Positions 1 to 9,425 of a stretch of 64,000 nucleotides of DNA are shown piece by piece. A program made the position numbers and the translations under genes. Position 1 is the stretch's first letter; each line of letters begins with the position of its first letter. The notes beneath the pieces were generated by a model. It did no database searches. It was not told the DNA's origin and saw only the letters and a list, made by a program, of their open reading frames with translations. Source of the DNA: an uncultured Chloroflexia bacterium (lineage in GTDB: Bacteria; Chloroflexota; Limnocylindria; Limnocylindrales; CSP1-4); assembly GCA_963752475.1 (NCBI GenBank), contig CAVVYR010000007.1:480001-544000 (forward strand), given 5' to 3'.

Positions 1-34
1 GCTTGCTCATCGCTCGATGGTAGCCCCGCCGTGG

Positions 35-1621
35 TCAGTCGAGCTCGGCCGGGTCGAAGGCCTCGAGTACGAAGGTCGACGGTGCGCCGGGGTCGTAGAC
101 GATCGTGAGGGTCTTGCGAGCTCGGGTCCACGCGACGTACGCGAGCCGGCGTTCTTCCTCGAGCACGCGTCGCGGGTCGTCTGCCTCGCGAAGCGCGCGG
201 CCTGACGGGAAGGCACCGTCGTCGTGGCCGATGCAGGCGACGTGCTCCCACTCCAGGCCCTTGGTCCCGTGAGCCGTGGCGAGGGTGAGCGAGGCATCGT
301 CGCGCCGGAGCTCCGCGATGGCTGTCTTCCGTGCCGCGATGGCAGCCAGGAGTGCATCGAGGTGCTCGAAGCCGGCGGCCCAGCCCAGCAGGTCGGTCGT
401 GACGTCCTGGTCCAGGTCGTGCTCGAAGGCGGCACGGGCGATGGCCGGGAGCAACGGTAGCGCGGGTGCGACGCGTGCGAGCGCTTCCTCGACCGAGGCC
501 TCCGGCCAGCGCAGACCGTCCTCCTCCACGCGGAAGGGCAGTCCCAGCTCAAGGGCCACGGCAGCGAACGGCACCAGCTCGCGGTTCGTGCGGGCCAGCA
601 CCGCGTGCCGCTCGTCAGCCGGCTGTCTCGCCCAGGTCATGAGCAGCAGCCGTGCCCGGGCCACCTCGTCGCCCGGGTCGGGCAGCAGGTGGACCGAGCC
701 GGAGTTGCGCGGAGACGATCGGATGCGTTTGGCGAAGCGCTCCTCGTTGTGTTCCACGAGCCGAGCGGCGCGATGCACCACCTCCGGAGCACAGCGGTGG
801 TTGGTCTCGAGGTCGACGCGGCGCAGCCCCGGCAGCCGCGCGGCCAGGCCGAGGACGCGTCGCACATCGGCGAGCCGCCATGCGTAGATGGTCTGGTCGT
901 CATCCCCGACGAGGAAGATGTCGCGACGTTCACCGCTGAGCAGCAGGGCCAGCTCGAGCTGGGTGCGGTCGAGATCCTGTGCCTCGTCGACGAAGAGCAC
1001 GGCGGCTCGCCCTCGCCATCGATGGAGGAGCGCGGCATCCGCCCTCAGTGCCGGACCCGCCAGGGCCACCAGATCGTCGAGGTCGATCGAGCCGGTGTCC
1101 CGCAGGCGTCCCTGGTAGGCCTCGAACGCTGCGTGTGTCTCGTGGTCGTCGCCGGGCGGACCGCGCTCAGGGTCGAGCTTGAGCCTGGTGAAGCTGTCGT
1201 CGAGGTGGCGGAGCTGGGCTGGCGGCAGCTCGCCTCCGGCCAGCTCGGCAAGGACGGCGTGGCGCTCCGCGATGCGCGAGACGTCCGTGCCGGCATCGGC
1301 GAGGATCTCCCGGCCGAGAGCATGGAACGTCCGCACCCGCGCCGTGCCCGCCTCGCGACCCAGCTCCTCGAGCGCGGCGTCGGCACGCTCCTGCAACTCC
1401 TCGGCTGCCGCTCGGTTGAACGTGAGCGCGCAGATGGTGGCCGGTTCCGCGCCTGTGGCTACCCGCCACGCCAACCGGGCGACGACGGTCGTGGTCTTGC
1501 CCGACCCCGCCGGTGCCACGCACAGCACCGGACCAGGGTCCGCTGTCGCGGCCGCTCGCTGGTCCGGCGCCAATCGCTCGAGCCGTGCCTCGACGGGTGC
1601 TGGCAGGTGAACCGATGCCAT
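35..1621 (-). CDS. UvrD/Rep-family superfamily I DNA helicase (compact)
   Basis: Q motif LAPDQRAA, Walker A APAGSGKT, TFHAL, DEAQD, VGDDDQTIY, NHRC, TAHGTKGLEW and EERRLAYVAWTRA. Confidence 0.93.
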   Translation of the reverse strand: MASVHLPAPVEARLERLAPDQRAAATADPGPVLCVAPAGSGKTTTVVARLAWRVATGAEPATICALTFNRAAAEELQERADAALEELGREAGTARVRTFHALGREILADAGTDVSRIAERHAVLAELAGGELPPAQLRHLDDSFTRLKLDPERGPPGDDHETHAAFEAYQGRLRDTGSIDLDDLVALAGPALRADAALLHRWRGRAAVLFVDEAQDLDRTQLELALLLSGERRDIFLVGDDDQTIYAWRLADVRRVLGLAARLPGLRRVDLETNHRCAPEVVHRAARLVEHNEERFAKRIRSSPRNSGSVHLLPDPGDEVARARLLLMTWARQPADERHAVLARTNRELVPFAAVALELGLPFRVEEDGLRWPEASVEEALARVAPALPLLPAIARAAFEHDLDQDVTTDLLGWAAGFEHLDALLAAIAARKTAIAELRRDDASLTLATAHGTKGLEWEHVACIGHDDGAFPSGRALREADDPRRVLEEERRLAYVAWTRARKTLTIVYDPGAPSTFVLEAFDPAELD

Positions 1622-1656
1622 GGCCGCAAGGGTGGCGAGCGGCCCTTAGCGCTCGC

Positions 1657-1837
1657 TTATCCCTCTTCGTCGTCCGGCTCGTCCGGACGCAGGCGGAGGC
1701 CCACCAGGATGGCGCCGGCCGCCACGGCGAACCCGACCACCGATGAGAGCGGAATCGGGCAGGCCCGAGCTCACGAGCAGGCCGAACAGCCCGAGGGCGA
1801 TGGCTGCGAAGCCGAGCTTGAGGACGAGGTCACGCAT
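1657..1837 (-). CDS. Small two-TM membrane protein with an apparent +1 frameshift near 1740
   Basis: Removing one G joins MRDLVLKLGFAAIALGLFGLLVSSGLPDSALI to VVGFAVAAGAILVGLRLRPDEPDDEEG-stop (TAA at 1657-1659). Confidence 0.6.
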
Positions 1838-1991
1838 GAAGGCGCCCAGCCTGACACAGGCATCGTCGAGGCAAGGATGCCGCAGGGCTTGGAACGGAGT
1901 CGATGCGGTACTACCATCGTGTGCATGGGGGCGCCGCGAGCAATTCCAGACGCTCGGGGGCGTCCACTACATCAGAGGAGGATGCACCCCT

Positions 1992-3995
1992 ATGCGTACC
2001 AGGATCGGTGGCGCCGCGACCGCGCTCGCGTTCGCCGCGACCATCCCCATGTCCGCGGCCGTGTCGGCCGACATGCTCGAAGGGGGCGTCACCCTGACGC
2101 TCCTGCACAACAACGACGGCGAGTCGTCGCTCGCCACCCTCGGTTACGGCGTGGGCGAGGAGTCCACCCTCGAGGTCGGCGGAGCACCTGCCTTCAAAGC
2201 CGTGCTCGACCGCGAGATCGCGTCAGCGCAAGAGGTCGGCAACGCCGTGCTCAACGTCTATGCCGGGGACTCCTTCCTGGCCTCGGCGCTCCTGACCTGC
2301 AGCGCTCCCGAAGACGCCATGAGTGACGCCACCGTCTACGACGCCGTCGCCCAGGCCCAGATGCCCTATGACGTGCACGTCTTCGGCAATCACGAGTTCG
2401 ACTATGGCCCCGACTTCCTCGCGCGCTACATCAGCGCCTTCGGTGGGGACATGGGCCTCGACCAGCCGTTCATCTCGGCCAACCTCGACTTCTCCGCTGA
2501 GGCCGGCTTCGTCGACTGGATCGACGAGGACGGCATCATCGAGGCGCCCGCGGCTGACGGCCGCATCATCGGCGAGGCCGCCATCATCACCGACGAGACG
2601 ACCGGCGAGCGGTTCGGCGTGGTCAGCGCCACGACCGAGCGGCTGCCCCTCATCAGCTCCCCGCGCGACGTGGTCGTCAACGAGGCCGTTCCCGCCATCC
2701 AGGCCGGCGTCGATGCGCTGACCGAGGCGGGCGTCAACAAGATCATCTTCGTCAGCCACCTGCAGGGCGTGGAGACCGACGCTGAGATCCTCGCCCAGCT
2801 CTCCGGTGTCGATATCGCCGTGGCCGGCGGCGGTGACGAGCTGCTCGTCAACGACGAATCGCAGTTGCTCCCCGGTGAGGATCCCGAGGACGTCTACGGC
2901 ACCTACCCGCTGTACGTCACCGACCTCGACGGGATGGAGGTCCCGATCGTCACGACCGCCGGCAACTACAAGTACGTGGGCCGGCTCGATGCCGTCTTCG
3001 ATGGCGATGGAGCTCTCTTCGCCATCAACAGCGAGAACAGCTATCCACGCCGCGTGATCCCTGCCGAGCAGGCCGAGGAGGGCCTCCTCGAGGAGCTCGG
3101 CGTCGAGGACGCTGTGGCCAGTGACCAGGCCATCGTCGACTCCGTGGTGGCGCCGCTCGGTGAGTGCCTCGACATCCTGGGTGAGACCCCGGTGGCCATC
3201 TCGGACGTCGTACTCAACGTCGATCGCGGTCAGTACAGCCTGGCGGACGGAGTCTTCGCTCCTGGCGTGCGCACCAGCCAGACCAACGGCGGCACGATCA
3301 TCGCCGACTCGTTCCTGGCGGCCTACGATGCCTACGCCGAGAACTCGGGCCTCGAGCCTCGCAGCGCGGACAACCTCGTCGTGACGCTGCAGAACGGTGG
3401 TGGCATCCGCCAGAACGCCGGCCCGGTCCTGCCGGTCGGTGGCATCGCCGGTGATCCCATCACCCAGCTCGACACGATGAACGTGTTGCCTTTCCTGAAC
3501 ATGGTCGTGGTCGTCCAGGACCTGACCGCCGAGGACTTCGCGGCCACGCTCCAGACCGCCTGTGAGAACCGCGGCGGCGGTGGCTTCATGCAGGCCGCCG
3601 GTGTGAGCTATACCTGCGACTACAGCGCGGCCGCGGTCGATGACGAAGGGGTCGTCTCCGGCATCGTCCTGCGCGACGCGATGATCGACACCGGCGACGG
3701 CGCGACCGTCACCGTCGTCGACGCCGAGGGCACCGTGGACACCTCGGTGGGCACGGTCGATGTCATCACCAACTCCTTCACCGCCGGTGGCGGCGACGGC
3801 TACGACGCCTTCGGGGCCGCGGAGAATGTCTCGCTGCGCGCCGACGACGACTCGCAGATCCACTACGAGCGGGCCTTCCGCGAGTACCTCGAAGCCCTGC
3901 CCGCGGGTGACGACGGCATCCCCGTCGTCAGCGCTGACGACCCGGTCTATGCCGATGAGCTGAGCGACGGCCGCATCACGCTCGTCGACGGCTGA
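1992..3995 (+). CDS. Secreted bifunctional metallophosphatase/5'-nucleotidase family protein
   Basis: GAGGAGG upstream of ATG 1992, signal peptide, LLHNND, AGDSF, GNHEFD, ISANL, QNGGGIR, LPFLN and GGGDGY motifs. Confidence 0.88.
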   Translation: MRTRIGGAATALAFAATIPMSAAVSADMLEGGVTLTLLHNNDGESSLATLGYGVGEESTLEVGGAPAFKAVLDREIASAQEVGNAVLNVYAGDSFLASALLTCSAPEDAMSDATVYDAVAQAQMPYDVHVFGNHEFDYGPDFLARYISAFGGDMGLDQPFISANLDFSAEAGFVDWIDEDGIIEAPAADGRIIGEAAIITDETTGERFGVVSATTERLPLISSPRDVVVNEAVPAIQAGVDALTEAGVNKIIFVSHLQGVETDAEILAQLSGVDIAVAGGGDELLVNDESQLLPGEDPEDVYGTYPLYVTDLDGMEVPIVTTAGNYKYVGRLDAVFDGDGALFAINSENSYPRRVIPAEQAEEGLLEELGVEDAVASDQAIVDSVVAPLGECLDILGETPVAISDVVLNVDRGQYSLADGVFAPGVRTSQTNGGTIIADSFLAAYDAYAENSGLEPRSADNLVVTLQNGGGIRQNAGPVLPVGGIAGDPITQLDTMNVLPFLNMVVVVQDLTAEDFAATLQTACENRGGGGFMQAAGVSYTCDYSAAAVDDEGVVSGIVLRDAMIDTGDGATVTVVDAEGTVDTSVGTVDVITNSFTAGGGDGYDAFGAAENVSLRADDDSQIHYERAFREYLEALPAGDDGIPVVSADDPVYADELSDGRITLVDG

Positions 3996-4033
3996 ACGGT
4001 CGACGGCTGAACAGCCGACGCACTTCCGACACA

Positions 4034-4067
4034 CGAGGGAGGCCACCGGCGAGGATGGCCTCCCTCG
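4034..4067. terminator. 12-bp GC-rich hairpin after the nucleotidase gene
   Basis: CGAGGGAGGCCA-N10-TGGCCTCCCTCG; no U-tract. Confidence 0.55.
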
Positions 4068-4165
4068 CACCCTACCCGATGGTCCTGCCACCCTGACCAT
4101 CAGACCCCCTCCCACGGTATCGGTGTGCAGTGACGTGACCGCACCACGGGCATAGGCTCGGGTGT

Positions 4166-4822
4166 ATGCGCACGAGACTTCAGACCCTGCTCCCATCCGT
4201 GCTGGCGCTGACGGTCGTCTCGCTGCTGGTCATCCCGCTCGCCGCGATGGCGCAGTCGGGCGCGCCCGCCATCTCGATGTATCCAGAGACCGCCGGTCCG
4301 GGCTCCACCGTCGAGATCACGGGCATCGACTTCCCGCCCGAACGTGTGGTCGAGGTGCAGCTGGCCACGCCGGACGGCACACAGCCGCTGACCACCGCGA
4401 CCACGGGCGCGGAAGGTGACTTCCGCCAGATCCTGACCCTGCCTCTCGCCATCACCGAAGGCGCCTGGGAGCTACGTGCGACCGCCGCTGACGGTGCGAC
4501 CTCGACGTTCGCCTTCGTGACCTCGCCCGATGCCGCGGTGGATGCGAAACCCGCCCTGAGCGCCGCCGGCTCGGCCGCGACCGCCACCCCCGAAGGCAAC
4601 AGTGGCAGCGACACCGCCCTGATGCTCATCATCGCCGTCGTGCTCGGCGGCCTCGCCTTGGGCGTGATGGTCGTCTATCGCCAGATCCGCGATCAGAGCC
4701 CGCCAGGCATGGGCAAGGGCGACGACCTCATCTGGGGTGGTGGCTCGCCCGCCACGCCGCAGCAGACTGCCACCGACGAGCCGCACTGGAAAGACTCCCA
4801 GCCCGCCCAGAGCGAGAGCTGA
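4166..4822 (+). CDS. Secreted Ig-like (IPT/TIG-like) protein with C-terminal membrane anchor
   Basis: Signal peptide, GPGSTVEITGIDF beta-rich domain, Ala-rich linker, C-terminal TM; TAGGCT -10 7 nt before ATG. Confidence 0.65.
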   Translation: MRTRLQTLLPSVLALTVVSLLVIPLAAMAQSGAPAISMYPETAGPGSTVEITGIDFPPERVVEVQLATPDGTQPLTTATTGAEGDFRQILTLPLAITEGAWELRATAADGATSTFAFVTSPDAAVDAKPALSAAGSAATATPEGNSGSDTALMLIIAVVLGGLALGVMVVYRQIRDQSPPGMGKGDDLIWGGGSPATPQQTATDEPHWKDSQPAQSES

Positions 4823-4851
4823 GCCGCGCGTCCTCGCGCTAGCATCGTGGG

Positions 4852-6705
4852 GTGATCCCCGACCCTCGCATCAAGGCGACCCTGGCACGACTGCCCGATT
4901 CGCCCGGCGTCTACCTCATGAAGGACAACGCCGGGCGCGTCCTGTACGTGGGCAAGGCCCAGAGTCTGCGCAACCGCGTACGCCAGTACTGGCAGGCTTC
5001 GCGCTCCGCAGCCCCGCTGCGCATCGAATCGGCCATCGACCAGGTGGCCGACCTCGAATACACCATGACCGACACGGTCAGCGAGGCGCTGCTCCTCGAA
5101 GCCAACCTCATCAAGCGCTACCAGCCCCGCTTCAACGTGCGCCTCAAGGACGACAAGTCGTACCCCTTCATCAAGGTCACGCTGGCGGACGACTTCCCCC
5201 GCATCGAGCGCACGCGCAAGCTGCCCAACGACGGCTCGCGCTACTTCGGCCCCTACGCCTCGGCCAGCTCGGTCGACGAGTCGATGAACCTGATCCGGCG
5301 CATCTTCCCTTTCCGCACCTGCACCATCGAGATCCGCGAAGGGAAGCGAGCCCTCGACCGTCCATGCCTGCTCTATCACATCAAGCGCTGTCAGGGTCCC
5401 TGCATCGATGTCATCAGCAAGGAGGACTACGCCGCCGACATCGAGCAGGTGATGCTCTTCCTCGAGGGGCACCAGGAGCAGGTGAGCCGGGCCCTGCGCG
5501 AGGACATGGAGGCGGCCGCCGAGAACCTCGAGTTCGAGCGAGCGGCAGCGCTGCGCGACAAGGTCCGCGCCATCGAGCGCACGACCGAAAGCCAGAAGAT
5601 GGCCGGCTTCGCCAAGCGAGTGCTCGATGTGCTCGGCTACGCGCGGTCGGGCAAGGAGGCGGCGGTCCAGCTCTTCGCCATCCGTCAGGGCAAGACGCTC
5701 TCCCGAGACATCTTCGTACTCGAGAACGTCGCCGGCGGTACCGACGAGGAAGCATTGACCTCGTTCGTCAAGCAGTACTACGCCCGAGCGGGCTCGATCC
5801 CGCCACAGGTGCTGCTGCCCTTCGCCCTGCCCGAGGTCGATGAGCTGGAGGCCTTCCTCGTGGCCCGAGCCGGGCGGCAGGTCGAGATCCGTGTGCCCCA
5901 GCGCGGCGAGGGCCGGAAGCTGATGGCCCTGGCCGGACGCAACGCGGCCGAGACGCTCGAACGCGAGCAGGCGCGCTGGCTGGCCGACCAGGGCAAGACC
6001 GAGCGGGCGCTGCGTGAGCTGGCCGAGGCCCTCGCCTTGCCGACGCCCCCGGAGCGGATCGAGTGCTACGACATCAGCACCATCGGGGGATCCAACTCCG
6101 TCGGCAGCATGGTCGTCTTCGAGGACGGACAGCCGCGGACCGGCGAGTACCGTCGCTTCCGTATCAAGGACGTGAAGGGTCAGGACGACTTCGCCAGCCA
6201 CCAGGAGGTCTTGCGACGCCGCTTCCGACGAGCCCTCGATGCCGAGGAGGGTGGCGCCGAGCAGCTGCGCTGGCGCATGCCCGATCTCGTGATCATCGAT
6301 GGCGGCAAGGGCCAGGTCAGCGCCGCTCGCGAGGTCCTCGACGAGCTGGGGCTTCACGACCTGCCCATGGCCGGCCTGGCCAAGGAGCGTGAGGAGCTGT
6401 TCACACCCGGCCGGTCCGATCCGGTCGTGTTGCCGGCGACCTCGCAGGCGCTGTACCTGCTGCAGCGGCTCCGCGACGAGGCCCACCGCTTCGCCATCAC
6501 CTATCACCGGCAGCTTCGCGGGAAGGCTGCCACCAAGTCGGTGCTGGACGACCTTCGCGGCGTCGGCCCCGCACGCAAACGGGCCCTGCTGCGAGTCTTC
6601 GGGAGCGGGCGTGCCCTCCAGCGCGCGAGTACCGAGGAGATCGCTGCCGTGCCCGGCATCGGACGCGGCATGGCCGAGCGGATCCGAGAGCACCTTGACA
6701 GCTGA
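4852..6705 (+). CDS. uvrC: Excinuclease ABC subunit C
   Basis: GIY-YIG (PGVYLM..LYVGKA), UVR domain, RIECYDIS, IDGGKGQ, RDEAHRFAI, C-terminal HhH. Confidence 0.98.
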   Translation: MIPDPRIKATLARLPDSPGVYLMKDNAGRVLYVGKAQSLRNRVRQYWQASRSAAPLRIESAIDQVADLEYTMTDTVSEALLLEANLIKRYQPRFNVRLKDDKSYPFIKVTLADDFPRIERTRKLPNDGSRYFGPYASASSVDESMNLIRRIFPFRTCTIEIREGKRALDRPCLLYHIKRCQGPCIDVISKEDYAADIEQVMLFLEGHQEQVSRALREDMEAAAENLEFERAAALRDKVRAIERTTESQKMAGFAKRVLDVLGYARSGKEAAVQLFAIRQGKTLSRDIFVLENVAGGTDEEALTSFVKQYYARAGSIPPQVLLPFALPEVDELEAFLVARAGRQVEIRVPQRGEGRKLMALAGRNAAETLEREQARWLADQGKTERALRELAEALALPTPPERIECYDISTIGGSNSVGSMVVFEDGQPRTGEYRRFRIKDVKGQDDFASHQEVLRRRFRRALDAEEGGAEQLRWRMPDLVIIDGGKGQVSAAREVLDELGLHDLPMAGLAKEREELFTPGRSDPVVLPATSQALYLLQRLRDEAHRFAITYHRQLRGKAATKSVLDDLRGVGPARKRALLRVFGSGRALQRASTEEIAAVPGIGRGMAERIREHLDS

Positions 6706-6825
6706 GCTACACGGGCACCCACGGGAGGTCGAGTCGCCTGCCGGCCAGCCGCCCGTGCCGGCACCCGGTGACCGTCGTCGTGGTCCATCGGCAGAGTGCA
6801 CGTGCCTCTGCTAACGTCACGAGCG

Positions 6826-8160
6826 ATGCAACGCGTCGCCCCGATCCTTGTCCTGATCTTGTTCGTCGTCGCCTTCGTGGTGGCGGTTGCGCCCGTGCCT
6901 CGCTTCTGGCAGGACGATGGCGGGAGTATCGAAGTCAAGCTGGGACTCGACCTCGTCGGCGGCCTACGCGGTGAGTATCAGGTGGTGGCCACCGATGAGC
7001 AGGAGGTCACCCCGGAGATCCTGGAGCAGACGCGCACGATCATCGAGCAGCGCGTCAACTTCACTGGCGTGGCCGAGCCCATCGTCGTCACCCAGGGTGA
7101 GGACCGCATCTCGGTCGAGCTTCCCGGTGTCGACGACGAGGCCGACATCCGCAACCTCATCGGCACCACCGGCGTGCTCGAGTTCACGCCCGTGCCCACG
7201 TCTTGCGCGCCGGAGGTCATCCAGGACGCGCAGATGCCCGAGTGCCTCGCCGAGGTCGAGCCGCTCTTCAACGGCACCGAGATCGCCGCGGCTCGCATCG
7301 GCCAGGATCAGCAGACCGGTGAGATCGTGGTCAACCTCGAGCTCAAGGACACCGGCGCCCGGCTCTTCGACGAGCACGCCGAAGAGCACTACCTCGAGCA
7401 GTTCGCCATCGTCCTCGACGGCATCGTCGAGTCGGCCCCTTCGATCAACGCCACTCGCTTCGGCGGCCAGGCCACCATCAGCGGCAACTTCACCGTGGAC
7501 GAGGCCACCAACCTCGTGACCGTGCTGCGCTTCGGCTCGCTGCCCCTCGAGATCCGCGAGGTCGGCTTCAGCAGCATCAGCGCCACGCTCGGCCTCGACT
7601 TCCTGAACCAGACGATCCTCGCGGGCATCATCGGCATCGCCCTGGTGTTCGCCTTCATGTTGCTGTACTACCGCGTGCCGGGCATCGTGGCCTGCCTCGC
7701 GCTCATCGCCTACGGCGTGTTCGCGTTGGCCATCTTCGAGATCGTGCCCATCACCCTGACGCTGGCTGGTATCGCCGCCTTCATCCTGTCCGTGGGCATG
7801 GCCGTAGACGCCAACATCCTCATCTTCGAGCGCACCAAGGAAGAGCTGCGCAGCGGCAAGAACCTCTCGGGCGCGGTCGAGTCCGGCTTCAACCGTGCCT
7901 GGACCTCGATCTTCGACGCCAACATCTCCACGCTCATCACCGCCCTGATCCTGTACTACTTCGGGACCTCGGTGGTGAAGGGCTTCGCGCTGGTGCTCGG
8001 TATCGGCGTGCTGCTCTCGATGTTCACCGCCATCGTGCTCAGCCGCATGATGCTGCGCTGGATCGTGCAGCGGAGCTGGGCCCGGCAGGCGCACCTCTTC
8101 GGCATCAAGGACTCCGAACTCTCGGTCGATGCCCGCGGCCATCGTGAGGTGAAGGCCTGA
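6826..8160 (+). CDS. secD: Protein translocase subunit SecD
   Basis: LGLDLVGG, GMAVDANILIFER, IFDANISTLI, VKGFA; start moved to ATG 6826 after TAACGT -10. Confidence 0.96.
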   Translation: MQRVAPILVLILFVVAFVVAVAPVPRFWQDDGGSIEVKLGLDLVGGLRGEYQVVATDEQEVTPEILEQTRTIIEQRVNFTGVAEPIVVTQGEDRISVELPGVDDEADIRNLIGTTGVLEFTPVPTSCAPEVIQDAQMPECLAEVEPLFNGTEIAAARIGQDQQTGEIVVNLELKDTGARLFDEHAEEHYLEQFAIVLDGIVESAPSINATRFGGQATISGNFTVDEATNLVTVLRFGSLPLEIREVGFSSISATLGLDFLNQTILAGIIGIALVFAFMLLYYRVPGIVACLALIAYGVFALAIFEIVPITLTLAGIAAFILSVGMAVDANILIFERTKEELRSGKNLSGAVESGFNRAWTSIFDANISTLITALILYYFGTSVVKGFALVLGIGVLLSMFTAIVLSRMMLRWIVQRSWARQAHLFGIKDSELSVDARGHREVKA

Positions 8161-9389
8161 TGATCGACATCATCGGCAAGCGCCGCTACGGCTACATCCT
8201 CAGTGGCGTCGCCATGATCGTCGGCGCCATCTTCATCCTGGCCACGCTCATCCCCAACGGGAACGTGGGCCTGCAGTTCTCCATCGCCTACACCGGCGGT
8301 ACCGTCTGGGAGATCCACTTCGAGGACGGCACGCCCGACCCCAACGACGTGCGCGCCGTGCTCGACGATGTCGGCCTCAGCGGCGAGGTCGCCATCACCG
8401 AAGCCAACGACCGCGAGTTCGTGCTCATCCGCACCGAGGCGCTGTCGCTGCAGGCGCCCGAGCTGGCCGAGGGATCAGCCGCTGCCGCCGTCGCTGCCGA
8501 CGAGGGCGAGGCATCCGCTGAGGCCTCCGCAGTGCCGGCCCAGAGCGAGGCGCCCGAAACCACTGACGAACCGGCAGAGACTCCTGCCGCCACCGACGAA
8601 CCTGCCGAGTCCGCGGAGCCGGCCGAGGCCGCCGAACCGGAGGCATCCGCCGACCCCGAGGCGTCGCCCGCAGCCGACGAGGCGGTCGTGGCCGCCGAGG
8701 ACACCGGTTCCGGCCCGATCCTGCCCACCGAGGGCACGTTCGGCGAGCTGGCCACCGCGCTGCAGGACGAGTTCGGCCCCATCGACGAGGTCCGCCAGGA
8801 GAACTCCGTCGGTCCCGTCGTGAGCCAGGAGCTCATCTACCAGACCTTCCTGCTCGTGCTCATCGCGGCTGCTGCCATCATGGTCTGGGTGGCCTACCGC
8901 TTCCGCGACTTCCGCATGGGCGTGACCGCGCTCGCGGCCCTGCTCCATGACGTCGTCATCGTGGTCGGCATCTTCGCCGTCCTGGGCACGGTCATCGGAC
9001 TCCAGGTCGACAGCCTCTTCGTGACCGCCATGCTCACGGTCATCGGCTACTCCGTCCACGACACCATCGTCGTCTTCGACCGCATCCGTGAGAACCGCCA
9101 ACGCTACCTGGGCGAGCCGCTGAAGCAGATCGTCAACCACAGCCTGGTGCAGACCGTCGGCCGCTCGTTCACGACCTCGTTGACGCTGGTGTTCACGCTG
9201 CTGACGCTGCTGCTGTTCGGCGGTGAGGCCATCCGCCCATTCACCCTGGCGCTGCTCATCGGCGTCATCGCCGGAACGTACTCGTCGATCTTCGTGGCTA
9301 CGCCGCTGTTCCTCGACTGGCACCTCTGGGCCGACAAGCGCAAGGCGGACCAGCCGGCCGAGGCCAAGACCGAGACGATCGGCGCATAA
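8160..9389 (+). CDS. secF: Protein translocase subunit SecF with acidic low-complexity insert
   Basis: YTGG, VGPVVS, HDVVI, GYSVHDTIVVFDRIREN, GTYSSIF; overlaps secD stop. Confidence 0.96.
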   Translation: MIDIIGKRRYGYILSGVAMIVGAIFILATLIPNGNVGLQFSIAYTGGTVWEIHFEDGTPDPNDVRAVLDDVGLSGEVAITEANDREFVLIRTEALSLQAPELAEGSAAAAVAADEGEASAEASAVPAQSEAPETTDEPAETPAATDEPAESAEPAEAAEPEASADPEASPAADEAVVAAEDTGSGPILPTEGTFGELATALQDEFGPIDEVRQENSVGPVVSQELIYQTFLLVLIAAAAIMVWVAYRFRDFRMGVTALAALLHDVVIVVGIFAVLGTVIGLQVDSLFVTAMLTVIGYSVHDTIVVFDRIRENRQRYLGEPLKQIVNHSLVQTVGRSFTTSLTLVFTLLTLLLFGGEAIRPFTLALLIGVIAGTYSSIFVATPLFLDWHLWADKRKADQPAEAKTETIGA

Positions 9390-9425
9390 GCCGGGAGTGA
9401 GTCCGGCCCGTCAGACTGGGGCTCG

